DNA of 61,226 bases, from NCBI GenBank assembly GCA_035994985.1, contig DASYKZ010000011.1:1-61226 (forward strand), read 5' to 3'. Position numbers and translations under genes: made by a program. The notes beneath the pieces are model-generated. The model searched no databases and was not told the origin of the DNA. It saw only the letters and a list, made by a program, of their open reading frames with translations. The DNA comes from Minisyncoccota bacterium. GTDB lineage: Bacteria; Patescibacteriota; Minisyncoccia; Phycocordibacterales; UBA9973. Positions 7,733 to 16,708 of the stretch are shown in pieces. The stretch's first letter is position 1, and the number at the start of each line of letters is the position of its first letter.

Positions 7733-9073
7733 TTGCGTCATCAATGTAGCTGTATGACATATATAACAACAGCGCCATTAGGGCATGCGGCCAAAGTAGC
7801 AAGCCCCGTAAGGCTTTTATACTGCCTTTACGCAAGAAAATCGACAGAACAGGAGGATAAACAGGTGCTTTCCATCGACTCCCAGATCAAGGAAATGGAG
7901 AAGATGGCGGCGGCTGATAACCTCGAAATAGTGGTCATGAAGAAGGAATCTCACTCGGCTAAGGAAGCCGGGCAACGTCCAGTCTTCAATGAGATCGTGG
8001 AGGAACTGAAACAAGGAAAATACAACGGCATATTAACGTGGGCACCTGATCGTATTGCGAGAAACGCAGGTGACCTCGGCAGAATCGTAGACTTGATGGA
8101 CCAGAAGAAATTGATTGAGATACGAACCTACGGCCAGAAGTTCATGAACACGCCGAACGACAAGTTCATGCTGATGATTCTCGGATCACAGGCGAAACTT
8201 GAGAATGACAACAAGGTGATCAACGTAAAGCGAGGATTGAGGACAAGAGCGGCCATGGGACTTCGACCATCAATGGCTCCGACAGGATATCTCAACAGCA
8301 AAAACAAAGACGAGAAATGCCAAGTGATCGTAGACGCCAAAAGAGCGCCAGTGATAAAACAAATGTTCGAGAAAGTGGCGAACGAGAATTACTCGGGCAG
8401 AAAGGTATTTAAATGGCTCAAGGAAATAGAATTCAAAAACAAGAATGGAAAGTATGTAACGCTGGGCAACATTTATAGAATGCTCCGAATGACCTTCTAC
8501 TACGGAGTGTTTGAATATCCCGAAGGTAGTGGCGAGTGGTTTACAGGAAAGCATATACCCATAATTAGCCAATCATTGTTCGAGGCGGTGCAAGAAAAAA
8601 TTAAAGTTGAGAAAAAGAAAGCATACGGACGAGAGTTCGCATTTACGAGAATGCTCCACTGTGCCTACTGCGAGTCAGGGATAACGGCAGAAGAAAAGAT
8701 TAAGGAACTGAAAGACGGCGGATCGAATGCCCATGTGTACTACAGATGCACGAAAGTGAAGAATCGAGAGTGTCCGAATGAGTCAGTCAAAGAAAGTATC
8801 CTGATAGATGAGATGCTACCGATTATCGACAAGATGAGCTTGGATAAAAGTGAGCTAAAACACAAGCTACAAGAAGAAGTGGCACGGTATGCACTCTTCC
8901 AGACAGGAGTGCTTGGAGTAGACCTGAAGCAATCAAAGAAACATAAAGACATCAGTATCAAAGTATTTGCAAAGCACATGCTCGTCCATGGGACGATGCT
9001 TCAAAAACGAGAGGTGCTCTCCTGCATCAAGAGCAGGATACTACTGAAGGACAAGAAGCTGACGATGGAATAA
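7733..9073 (+). CDS. Large serine recombinase
   Basis: The N-terminal resolvase domain has YCLYARKS (catalytic Ser) and PDRIARN. There is a recombinase domain and a Cys-rich zinc ribbon (CAYCES...YYRC...RECP). An alternative start is at ATG 7754. Confidence 0.85.
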   Translation: MRHQCSCMTYITTAPLGHAAKVASPVRLLYCLYARKSTEQEDKQVLSIDSQIKEMEKMAAADNLEIVVMKKESHSAKEAGQRPVFNEIVEELKQGKYNGILTWAPDRIARNAGDLGRIVDLMDQKKLIEIRTYGQKFMNTPNDKFMLMILGSQAKLENDNKVINVKRGLRTRAAMGLRPSMAPTGYLNSKNKDEKCQVIVDAKRAPVIKQMFEKVANENYSGRKVFKWLKEIEFKNKNGKYVTLGNIYRMLRMTFYYGVFEYPEGSGEWFTGKHIPIISQSLFEAVQEKIKVEKKKAYGREFAFTRMLHCAYCESGITAEEKIKELKDGGSNAHVYYRCTKVKNRECPNESVKESILIDEMLPIIDKMSLDKSELKHKLQEEVARYALFQTGVLGVDLKQSKKHKDISIKVFAKHMLVHGTMLQKREVLSCIKSRILLKDKKLTME

Positions 9074-9125
9074 AATTCCATAAAACATCTAGATTTTCGT
9101 CAATTTTTTTATTAAAATATAGGTT

Positions 9126-10499
9126 ATGGATGACTCTACGGTAAAAAAAGAATTACCTCCTGTCCTTAGCTATTGCCTCTATGCTAGAAAATCGAGCGAA
9201 GACGAAGAACGACAGGCTTTGTCTATCGAATCTCAGATAAGTGAGATGAATAAACTTGCCGAACGGGATCATCTCTCTGTGGTGACCGTAAAAACTGAAG
9301 CTCATTCAGCGAAGAATTCTGGCGAACGTGAAGTGTTTAACAAAATGATCGACGAGATAAAGGCTGGAAAATATAATGCGATTCTAACGTGGCATCCAGA
9401 TAGGCTCAGCAGAAATGCGGGCGATCTCGGTAGATTGATTGACCTGATGGACAGTAAACAGCTCCTAGAAATAAAGACATATAATCAAAACTTTTCTAAC
9501 TCACCTAACGAGAAATTCTTGCTGATGATCCTTGGGTCGCAGGCAAAACTTGAAAATGATACTAAAGGTATAAATGTGAAAAGAGGTCTGAGAACACTCG
9601 TCGAAAAAGGATTGTGGCCAGGAGTCGCTCCTTTGGGATATACGAATGTTGGAGAGAAAGGAAATCGAGGCATTGTGAAGATAGATCCGATACGCGCCCA
9701 TATAGTCCAAATGATGTTTGAAAAAGCAGCCGAAGGATGGAGTCAACATCATATACGGGATTGGCTCACCGATGAATTGGATTTTAGATCACCTAACGGC
9801 AAACACGTTGCGTTAAGTGGCGTACAACTAGCACTCACGAGAACCTTTTATTACGGCATGTTTGAGTATCCCAAGAAAAGTGGCAACTGGTACCACGGCG
9901 TACACCAACCACTCATTACCAAGGAGCTTTTTGAAAAAGTTCGGGAAGAAATGAAAAAGAAAAGACGAGCGACACGGATTTACAAAAAAGACTTCGCATA
10001 TACGCACTTAATCAAATGTGGCCTATGCGGTTCAAGTGTCACCGCAGAAGAAAAATTCAAAGCTTTGAAAGACGGAACTATCGCTCGCTATGTCTATTAC
10101 GGCTGTTCGAGGACGCAAGATCACCATTGTCCTATGCACTATATCCGAGAGGAAGATCTCATAAAATCACTCTGTGAAATAGTCGATGAGTTATCGATCA
10201 ATGAGCTTGGGGTGCGAGGACAGATGGATTTGGATGTAGACAGAATGTACCGTTTTCATCGGGATGTCTTAGGTGATCCAGGAGGTTTTGAAAGCAAGGA
10301 ATTGGGAGATATTGATACTAAAAAGTATATGAAGTTTCTACTGAAGGATGGCAACATTCACGAACAACGTCATGTGTTGTCGAACCTCAAGAGCAAGCTT
10401 ATTTTGAAAGACGGAAAGATATCTGTTGATAAAACAGAATCAGATGAATTATTAAAAGACGTGCCGCCTGTTAGTCAGCCGATTTCAGTACAACTATAA
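9126..10499 (+). CDS. Large serine recombinase (paralog of 7733-9073)
   Basis: Contains YCLYARKS, PDRLSRN and a zinc ribbon (CGLCGS...YYGC...HHCP). It is collinear with, and clearly similar to, the upstream gene. Confidence 0.85.
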   Translation: MDDSTVKKELPPVLSYCLYARKSSEDEERQALSIESQISEMNKLAERDHLSVVTVKTEAHSAKNSGEREVFNKMIDEIKAGKYNAILTWHPDRLSRNAGDLGRLIDLMDSKQLLEIKTYNQNFSNSPNEKFLLMILGSQAKLENDTKGINVKRGLRTLVEKGLWPGVAPLGYTNVGEKGNRGIVKIDPIRAHIVQMMFEKAAEGWSQHHIRDWLTDELDFRSPNGKHVALSGVQLALTRTFYYGMFEYPKKSGNWYHGVHQPLITKELFEKVREEMKKKRRATRIYKKDFAYTHLIKCGLCGSSVTAEEKFKALKDGTIARYVYYGCSRTQDHHCPMHYIREEDLIKSLCEIVDELSINELGVRGQMDLDVDRMYRFHRDVLGDPGGFESKELGDIDTKKYMKFLLKDGNIHEQRHVLSNLKSKLILKDGKISVDKTESDELLKDVPPVSQPISVQL

Positions 10500-10578
10500 T
10501 TTTTCTGGCAAAACGGGAGCTAAATTTTGAGACCTGAAAAAGGGTCAAAATATAGGGCCTCCGCGTCTGCCTTGTTTG

Positions 10579-10651
10579 TGCGCCCGGTAGGAATCGAACC
10601 TACGACCATCTCCTTAAAAGGGAGCTGCTCTACCGACTGAGCTACGGGCGC
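10579..10651 (-). tRNA. tRNA-Lys (anticodon UUU)
   Basis: A manual cloverleaf fits: acceptor gcgcccg/cgggcgc, anticodon loop cttttaa, T-arm gtagg-ttcgatt-cctac. No CCA is encoded. Confidence 0.9.
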
Positions 10652-10704
10652 ATGTAAATAGAACTAGTAAAATATATATGAAATAAGGCTAAAAATCAAG
10701 ATGC

Positions 10705-11352
10705 TTAAAAAGCCTCCAGTAAAAATTGCTCAAATGCTATCTCGGCATCATGGCCAGTTTTTCTGGCTTCCGGCAACAAGTATGGCAGTTTTTCAGTAAA
10801 ATTTTTAATTTGCTCCGGAGAAAACTTACCAAAGTTATTTTTTAAAAACATATCCTTTGCTTTCCAGAAAAGCACGCCGATGAGCTCTTCTAGTTCCACG
10901 CCCTTGTCCATGGCCTGCCTGTAATAAATCCAAAGATTTAGCTTGTCTTTTGCCCCGAAAGCATTTGCGAGCAGAAAGCTATTAAATTTTTCCTTTTTTT
11001 CTTTCGGCAGTTCAAATACGTAAAGTTCCGCTTTCGCTTTTTTAAAAGCATCTAATATTGACTTGTTTAGCTTTCTTTCGGAAAATATAAAATCATTACC
11101 GGAATCGGCCATAAGCTGGAGCTTCTTTAAAACAAATTCCCGCTCGCTTTCAGTCTCCAATATATTCGAAAAAACCAGCGCGGACTTTTTAAAGAAAAGT
11201 CCCGCGCCGGAGTAAAAGCTCTCTATCTGGACAGGGTTAAAATCGTTCCGGTTTATAAAAAATTTTTCCGTTCCTTTGAATACAGACTTTATAAACTTTT
11301 CATAGGCAGGAAGTTTTCTTTTAATATCATCTCCGGTAAATAAATATATCAT
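10705..11352 (-). CDS. holA: DNA polymerase III delta subunit-like (short form)
   Basis: The N-terminal IYLFTGDD pattern and the C-terminal helical region resemble HolA. At 215 aa it is shorter than typical. Confidence 0.5.
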   Translation of the reverse strand: MIYLFTGDDIKRKLPAYEKFIKSVFKGTEKFFINRNDFNPVQIESFYSGAGLFFKKSALVFSNILETESEREFVLKKLQLMADSGNDFIFSERKLNKSILDAFKKAKAELYVFELPKEKKEKFNSFLLANAFGAKDKLNLWIYYRQAMDKGVELEELIGVLFWKAKDMFLKNNFGKFSPEQIKNFTEKLPYLLPEARKTGHDAEIAFEQFLLEAF

Positions 11353-11367
11353 TACTTTACTTCGAAG

Positions 11368-11838
11368 TTAAAATCTCACTAATCTTTTATATTCCGAGTA
11401 CGCATCGCCATATTTTTCAATTAGCAATTTGTCGTGCTTGTCTAAAAAGAAAAGCCTTGAAATGCAGAATGCGGCGAGAGCGGACAAAATTATAAAAAAG
11501 GCATTGGCAATGATGGCAAAACCGAGCATTAAAAAAAGGAGTCCCCATTGCGTCGGAATCCGGGTATAGCAGTATGGTCCGCGGCAAAAATGCTCCGCTT
11601 TTTTTTCTTTTATTTTCCGCAGGTCGCGCCCAGTCTTCTGAGCCCAGATTATCAAAACAGAAGCTACTATCAGAAAAAAGAAGCCGAGAGGCATGATGAC
11701 TGTGTCTCCTAAAATTTTTACTTTAAAAACAAAATCGAAACAAACACCTATCAAAAATAGGGCCAGATAAATTATGTACGAATGGGCCAATACCCTATGT
11801 ACGCCCTGTTTCTGCCGAGCTTTTTTTTCTTTATCCAT
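11368..11838 (-). CDS. Isoprenylcysteine carboxyl / phospholipid methyltransferase family membrane protein
   Basis: It has multiple TM helices, and the C-terminal GPY..R.P...G...... EK.GD.Y..Y pattern is typical of ICMT/PEMT proteins. Confidence 0.55.
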   Translation of the reverse strand: MDKEKKARQKQGVHRVLAHSYIIYLALFLIGVCFDFVFKVKILGDTVIMPLGFFFLIVASVLIIWAQKTGRDLRKIKEKKAEHFCRGPYCYTRIPTQWGLLFLMLGFAIIANAFFIILSALAAFCISRLFFLDKHDKLLIEKYGDAYSEYKRLVRF

Positions 11839-11869
11839 CCCTGCATTATAGCATTTTTTGCAAAAAATT

Positions 11870-12652
11870 CTATTTATACGCTTCTCCCTTAAACACGCAT
11901 TTTGCCGGCCCGGTCAGCCAGATATTTCTATATGAACCGTTATCAATTTTTTCAAATTCCACCATTAAATCGCCGCCGGGCATTTTTATTTGGCAAATAT
12001 TTTCTTTTAATTTTCCTAAATGATGTGCTGTTATGGCCACAGAAGTCGCCCCCGTACCGCAAGCCAAGGTTTCATCTTCTACGCCCCGCTCATATGTTCG
12101 CACGTGAAATACGCCATTCTTTAGTTCTACAAAATTTGTATTCACTCCGTCTGGGTCAGAATTCCGTATTTTTCTTCCTTCGCTAACCACTGGGAATTTT
12201 TCCAGGTCTTTTACAAACATTATATTGTGCGGTGTAGTGCCGGAATACAAAAAATCCAAGCCGTTTCTCTTGCCAATTTCATTTACATCCTGCATTTTTA
12301 ATTTAACCAGTCCTACGTTCAATATCTCTGCTTCATGCTTTCCGTCTACCGCTAAAAACGTAATCTTTTTGGGATTCTTAATAATTTTTAAAATATTATG
12401 CGCAAAATCTACAATACAGCGTCCGCCATTGCCGCACATTGATCCTGTACTTCCGTCATTATTTATATAAACCATTTTAAAATCACACTCAGGGTCTTTT
12501 TCCAAGAGTATAATGCCGTCTGCTCCTATGCCAAAACGCCGGTGGCAGAGAAGTTTTATAAGTTCTTTGTCGTTTATATCAAAACTCTTCTCCCGATTAT
12601 CTATGATAATAAAGTCGTTTCCCGCGCCGTGGTATTTATAGAATTCTTTCAT
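11870..12652 (-). CDS. dapF: Diaminopimelate epimerase
   Basis: Contains YHGAGNDFIIIDN, CGNGGRC and ACGTGATS (the two catalytic Cys regions). Confidence 0.85.
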   Translation of the reverse strand: MKEFYKYHGAGNDFIIIDNREKSFDINDKELIKLLCHRRFGIGADGIILLEKDPECDFKMVYINNDGSTGSMCGNGGRCIVDFAHNILKIIKNPKKITFLAVDGKHEAEILNVGLVKLKMQDVNEIGKRNGLDFLYSGTTPHNIMFVKDLEKFPVVSEGRKIRNSDPDGVNTNFVELKNGVFHVRTYERGVEDETLACGTGATSVAITAHHLGKLKENICQIKMPGGDLMVEFEKIDNGSYRNIWLTGPAKCVFKGEAYK

Positions 12653-12715
12653 GTTTATATTATTGTTGTTTTTAAAATAAATTTAAAGCCGACGAACCTT
12701 TTGGGTACCGCCGAC

Positions 12716-12916
12716 TTATTTTAAGAATTGAACGACGATTTCGTTTTCCACCCTTTTAAGTCGAAAATAATCGTAGTCACAAAGATGTTCTAATGCTGTA
12801 ATCAGCTGAGGGTTATTTTTGTCAAAAGTTACGCCAAAGCGTTGACAAACTACTTGGGTTTTTTCAGGATCTAGTTCAATAAATTCACGAACCAACTCCA
12901 TGCCTTTTTCGTCCAT
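12716..12916 (-). CDS. Small hypothetical protein
   Basis: A 66-aa ORF with AAGGAG upstream of its ATG. Confidence 0.4.
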   Translation of the reverse strand: MDEKGMELVREFIELDPEKTQVVCQRFGVTFDKNNPQLITALEHLCDYDYFRLKRVENEIVVQFLK

Positions 12917-13015
12917 GTTTGTTTTTTACTCCTTGTACTAATCTAAGTTTAATTTTAAAAGCCGGACAATATTTCTTTGCTCGGCTTTTTTCTTTGAGAG
13001 TTTTTAGGCTCTCGA

Positions 13016-13288
13016 TTAATTGTCCTTGGAAAAATTTTCTCTCGCCATAGGTGAATCTGCTGCAATTTTGCTTGAACAGATAATGACTTTGTCACCATCA
13101 AGATAAGCAGAGGGTAAAATGAAGTAATTACCTCTTTTGTAATAATGAACAGAACCCCAAGCACTGAGCAACGCCGCAACGCCGCCGGCTCTTTTTTTAA
13201 AAGCACGCGGTCCCCGTGTTTGCAAAATCAGAAGCTCGGCTAAGGTAATTGTTTTTTTCCCATCAGAAGTCGAAATATTTCTAGACAT
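13016..13288 (-). CDS. Small hypothetical protein
   Basis: A 90-aa ORF with AGGAG about 9 nt upstream of the ATG and a hairpin terminator downstream (about 12955-12995). Confidence 0.5.
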   Translation of the reverse strand: MSRNISTSDGKKTITLAELLILQTRGPRAFKKRAGGVAALLSAWGSVHYYKRGNYFILPSAYLDGDKVIICSSKIAADSPMARENFSKDN

Positions 13289-13530
13289 AACCTTTCTCCT
13301 TTTGTGCCCCGCTTACTTAGCTGGGTAAATTTACAATTTACAAATAACTAAAATTATAAGACCTATATAAAGAATAAGTAATTAGTCTTATTAAGGGAAG
13401 TTTTTTAACATTAAGCTTATGTTTTACACAATTTGTAAAATCTGTTAAAATATCAAGTACTTGTCCCGTACTAAATTTTTGATTACGGGAAAGGGTCATT
13501 ATTAATAAAACTTAAAATTTTAGTACTGGG

Positions 13531-14193
13531 ATGATAAAAATACAGCCGATTGTGCGAGACATAGTCCTAAGCGAACTCGAAGCCTATTATGCGCTTACTC
13601 ACAATTACATGAATATGAGCAGCTATGCGCACCGCATCCGTCCCCTTGTACAGGAACGCGCCAAGAAGGACGTGACTATCACCAGCCTCGTCGTTTCCCT
13701 ATCGCGTCTGCGGAAAGAGTTTAAAAAGGGGAAACCCCTTGTCCATGACGTTGTCATAAAAAACATCACTACCAAGCTTCCGATATCCGAAATAATTTAC
13801 GAGAACAACAGCGAATTCATAAAAGACCTTGAGTCTCTGCATAAACAAATACAAGTGTCGCAAGACGACCTTTTTACCACGACTATAGGCACGGCGGAGC
13901 TGGACATCATTTGCTCATCCAACATTGAGGAAAAAATCCTAAAACACTTCAGGTCAAAGCCGCTTATAGTAAACCGCAATCTGGCAGCCATCGGTGTTAA
14001 TTTTGGCAACGAAGTATTTGGGGTGCCAAACGTATTTTTTTCTCTTTTATCGGTTACGGCTCGCGCGCGGATAAATATAGAAGAGCTGATATCCACTCCT
14101 ACCGAGCTGATTTTTATCGTCGCTGAAAAAGATTTCGGCAAGACCGTAGCCTTGTTTTCAGACCTGCACAGAAAAGTACATACAAAAAATTAG
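13531..14193 (+). CDS. Hypothetical protein
   Basis: A 220-aa ORF in an otherwise empty interval, with an AT-rich promoter region upstream. No firm domain call. Confidence 0.45.
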   Translation: MIKIQPIVRDIVLSELEAYYALTHNYMNMSSYAHRIRPLVQERAKKDVTITSLVVSLSRLRKEFKKGKPLVHDVVIKNITTKLPISEIIYENNSEFIKDLESLHKQIQVSQDDLFTTTIGTAELDIICSSNIEEKILKHFRSKPLIVNRNLAAIGVNFGNEVFGVPNVFFSLLSVTARARINIEELISTPTELIFIVAEKDFGKTVALFSDLHRKVHTKN

Positions 14194-14197
14194 CAGT

Positions 14198-16669
14198 TTA
14201 TTTCAGCTCTCCGAAATTATTGCCTGAGTAGTATTGTATTTCGAGGGGAATATCGGTCTTGTAGTGTATATATGACCGCAGAAGTACTCCCTCCATCGCA
14301 TCTTTTATTATTTTGCTTGCCTTGGCTAACACACTTTCATGTATCTCGTATACTAGCTCGTCGTGTATCTGCAGCATGAGATGCACTTGATTCTTCAGAC
14401 CTTCTTTTTTTAAGTCCTCCTCGGCAAAGCGTATCGCAAGCTTGATGACGTCTGCTGCAGTACCCTGCACCGGCGCATTGATGGCTGTACGCTCCGCCAT
14501 GTTTTTCAAAAAAGGAATTCTGGAATTTATATTGGCAAACGTCCGCTTCCGGCCAAAAAGAGTTTCAGTATATGAATGCTTTACAGCAAATTCTTTTACT
14601 CCGTTTAAATAATCCCGCACTCCGGAAAATTGATTGAAATAGTTGTCGTAAAATTTCTGAGCTTCTTCACGCGTACCGCCCAAATTCTTCCGCAGAGCCG
14701 TGACTCCCATGCCGTAAATAATGCCGAAGTTTATCACTTTCGCTTTACGCCGCATTTCGCTGTCCACCTTGTCCATGGGTACTCCAAAAACAAATGCCGC
14801 GGTGCCTGTATGGATATCTTTTTTGTCGCGGAACACTTCGGTCATTTTTTCATCTCCCGAGAGCATAGCTACCACCCGCAGTTCGATTTGACTATAGTCA
14901 AAAGCTACGAGCTTGTGGTCTTTTTGGGCTATAAATCCGCCCCTGATTCTCTTGCCTAGCTCTGTTTTAATCGGCAGATTTTGCAAATTCGGGTCTTGGG
15001 AAGAAAATCTGCCGGTCGAAGACCCGTTTTGAATAAACTTCGCGTGTAGCCGCCCATCTTCCCCTACCATGTTTGGTATTACATCTATGTAGGTAGAGAG
15101 AAGCTTCTGTAGCTCCCGATATGCCATTATCTCTCCGATGATTTCATTTTCATCCTCTAGTTCTTCCAAAACCGAAACTTTTGTGGAAAAAGACCCGCTT
15201 GCTCCGGCTTTTTTCTTTGATTTCATTCCTAACTTCCCAAAAAGAATCTCGCCCAGCTGCTTGGGTGAATTTATATTAAATTCCTCGCCGGCCATTTTAT
15301 ATATTTTTTTTGTCAGCTTATCAAGCTCAATATGATACTCCTTGGACAAGTTTTCAAAATATTTTTTATCTATCAAAATGCCGTGTTTATGCATCTCCTC
15401 TATAGTATGCATAAGGGGCCGTTCTATCTCGCTGTAGACTTCTCCTAAATTTTTTTCTTCTAGCTTTTTAAAAACATATTCATAGGCTGTATCAAAAGAA
15501 GCTGTTTTGGCATACATCAATACGTCCTCTAGTTTAGGGTTGGCCATCTCTGAATTAATCAACCAGAGCGCAATACTCGCTTCTTGAAGTTTCAAGGGGT
15601 TCGGAGGAATATGCTCAAAAGAATCTTTGCTGCTGCCAGAATAGTCTTGCCCTTCCAGAACAGGGTGCGAATTCTGGCGAGCATATTCCTCCGAACCCTG
15701 ACCGCTCGTGAAAAAACTTTTCAACCGCGTAAACAGGCTGCGAAATTCGTATTGCATAAAAACTTTTTCTATTTTCTTCAAGTCCGCATTTTCCCAAAAA
15801 GTTTTTTCCGGCAAGGAAAATTGTATCGGCGCATCCGTGCGGATAGTCGCCAGGGTTTTGGAAAACAGGGCTTCTTCTTCATTATCTTTTAAGAGCTCTA
15901 TCATCCGCGGGCTGATGCCAGCTTTTAAAAAGGCTTCGTCCCCGCCCGAACGACCGTCCGGTCGGGCGGGTTTTTTTAATTTTTTATAAATTTCTTCAAT
16001 AGTGCCAAAGCTGACAATCAGCGTCTCGGCTGTTTTTTCCCCTATGCCTTTGATGCCGATAATATTGTCCGAAGGGTCTCCGCGTAGGCCTTTATAGTCC
16101 GGTAAAAATTTAGGCTTAAAATGAAATCTTTCTATCACTTTTTCTTCATCGTATAAAATCGTGTCGTTAATACCTTTTTTCAGAGTGTAGACCTGTACTT
16201 TTTTATCATCCACCAGCTGCATGGTGTCCATGTCGCCGGAAGCGATTATTATTTTAACGCTTTTGTTCCCTTTATATTTTTCAGCAATCGTCCCCAAGAT
16301 GTCGTCCGCCTCAAATCCAGGAGCATCATACATAGGTATATTAAAGCCCTCGAAAATATCTCTTGAGCTTATGAGCTGGGAGACAAGGGCGTCGTCGGTC
16401 TTTTTTCTGCCTGCTTTATAGGCGTCGTAGGCTTCATGGCGGAAGGTTTTTTGGGGCAAGTCGTAGCAGGCTACTATATAGTCCGGCTTCAGGTCGGTAA
16501 TTATCTTCATGAGCATATTTGAGAGCCCGTAGAGAGCGCCGGTCGGAGCGCCGTCGGACGACATAAACTCGGGCAGGGCGTGATAGGCGCGATGTATTAT
16601 GGCGTGAGCGTCCAGTAATATCAGAGTTTTTGTATTCTTAGTTTTCTTGGCTTTATCCTTCTGTGGCAT
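14198..16669 (-). CDS. polA: DNA polymerase I
   Basis: It has an N-terminal 5' nuclease domain and polymerase motifs DYSQIELRV, KVINFGIIYG and LQIHDELV. Confidence 0.9.
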   Translation of the reverse strand: MPQKDKAKKTKNTKTLILLDAHAIIHRAYHALPEFMSSDGAPTGALYGLSNMLMKIITDLKPDYIVACYDLPQKTFRHEAYDAYKAGRKKTDDALVSQLISSRDIFEGFNIPMYDAPGFEADDILGTIAEKYKGNKSVKIIIASGDMDTMQLVDDKKVQVYTLKKGINDTILYDEEKVIERFHFKPKFLPDYKGLRGDPSDNIIGIKGIGEKTAETLIVSFGTIEEIYKKLKKPARPDGRSGGDEAFLKAGISPRMIELLKDNEEEALFSKTLATIRTDAPIQFSLPEKTFWENADLKKIEKVFMQYEFRSLFTRLKSFFTSGQGSEEYARQNSHPVLEGQDYSGSSKDSFEHIPPNPLKLQEASIALWLINSEMANPKLEDVLMYAKTASFDTAYEYVFKKLEEKNLGEVYSEIERPLMHTIEEMHKHGILIDKKYFENLSKEYHIELDKLTKKIYKMAGEEFNINSPKQLGEILFGKLGMKSKKKAGASGSFSTKVSVLEELEDENEIIGEIMAYRELQKLLSTYIDVIPNMVGEDGRLHAKFIQNGSSTGRFSSQDPNLQNLPIKTELGKRIRGGFIAQKDHKLVAFDYSQIELRVVAMLSGDEKMTEVFRDKKDIHTGTAAFVFGVPMDKVDSEMRRKAKVINFGIIYGMGVTALRKNLGGTREEAQKFYDNYFNQFSGVRDYLNGVKEFAVKHSYTETLFGRKRTFANINSRIPFLKNMAERTAINAPVQGTAADVIKLAIRFAEEDLKKEGLKNQVHLMLQIHDELVYEIHESVLAKASKIIKDAMEGVLLRSYIHYKTDIPLEIQYYSGNNFGELK

Positions 16670-16708
16670 TATGAAAAGTATACCATTTAAGCTACAATAT
16701 TAAATATA

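Larger units (their letters stand above)
1..10578. mobile_element. Putative integrated accessory island (left end beyond window, right end next to tRNA-Lys)
   Basis: A run of accessory and orphan genes (DGR, Pif1-like helicase, methyltransferase, two tandem serine recombinases) ends about 80 bp before a tRNA-Lys gene. Housekeeping genes start right after the tRNA. No flanking repeats define the ends. Confidence 0.5.

Noticed and set aside
12955-13206. An 83-aa ORF overlapping 13016-13288 in another frame.
   Set aside because: The 13016-13288 frame has a strong AGGAG Shine-Dalgarno and ends before the terminator hairpin. The alternative frame runs through the terminator.
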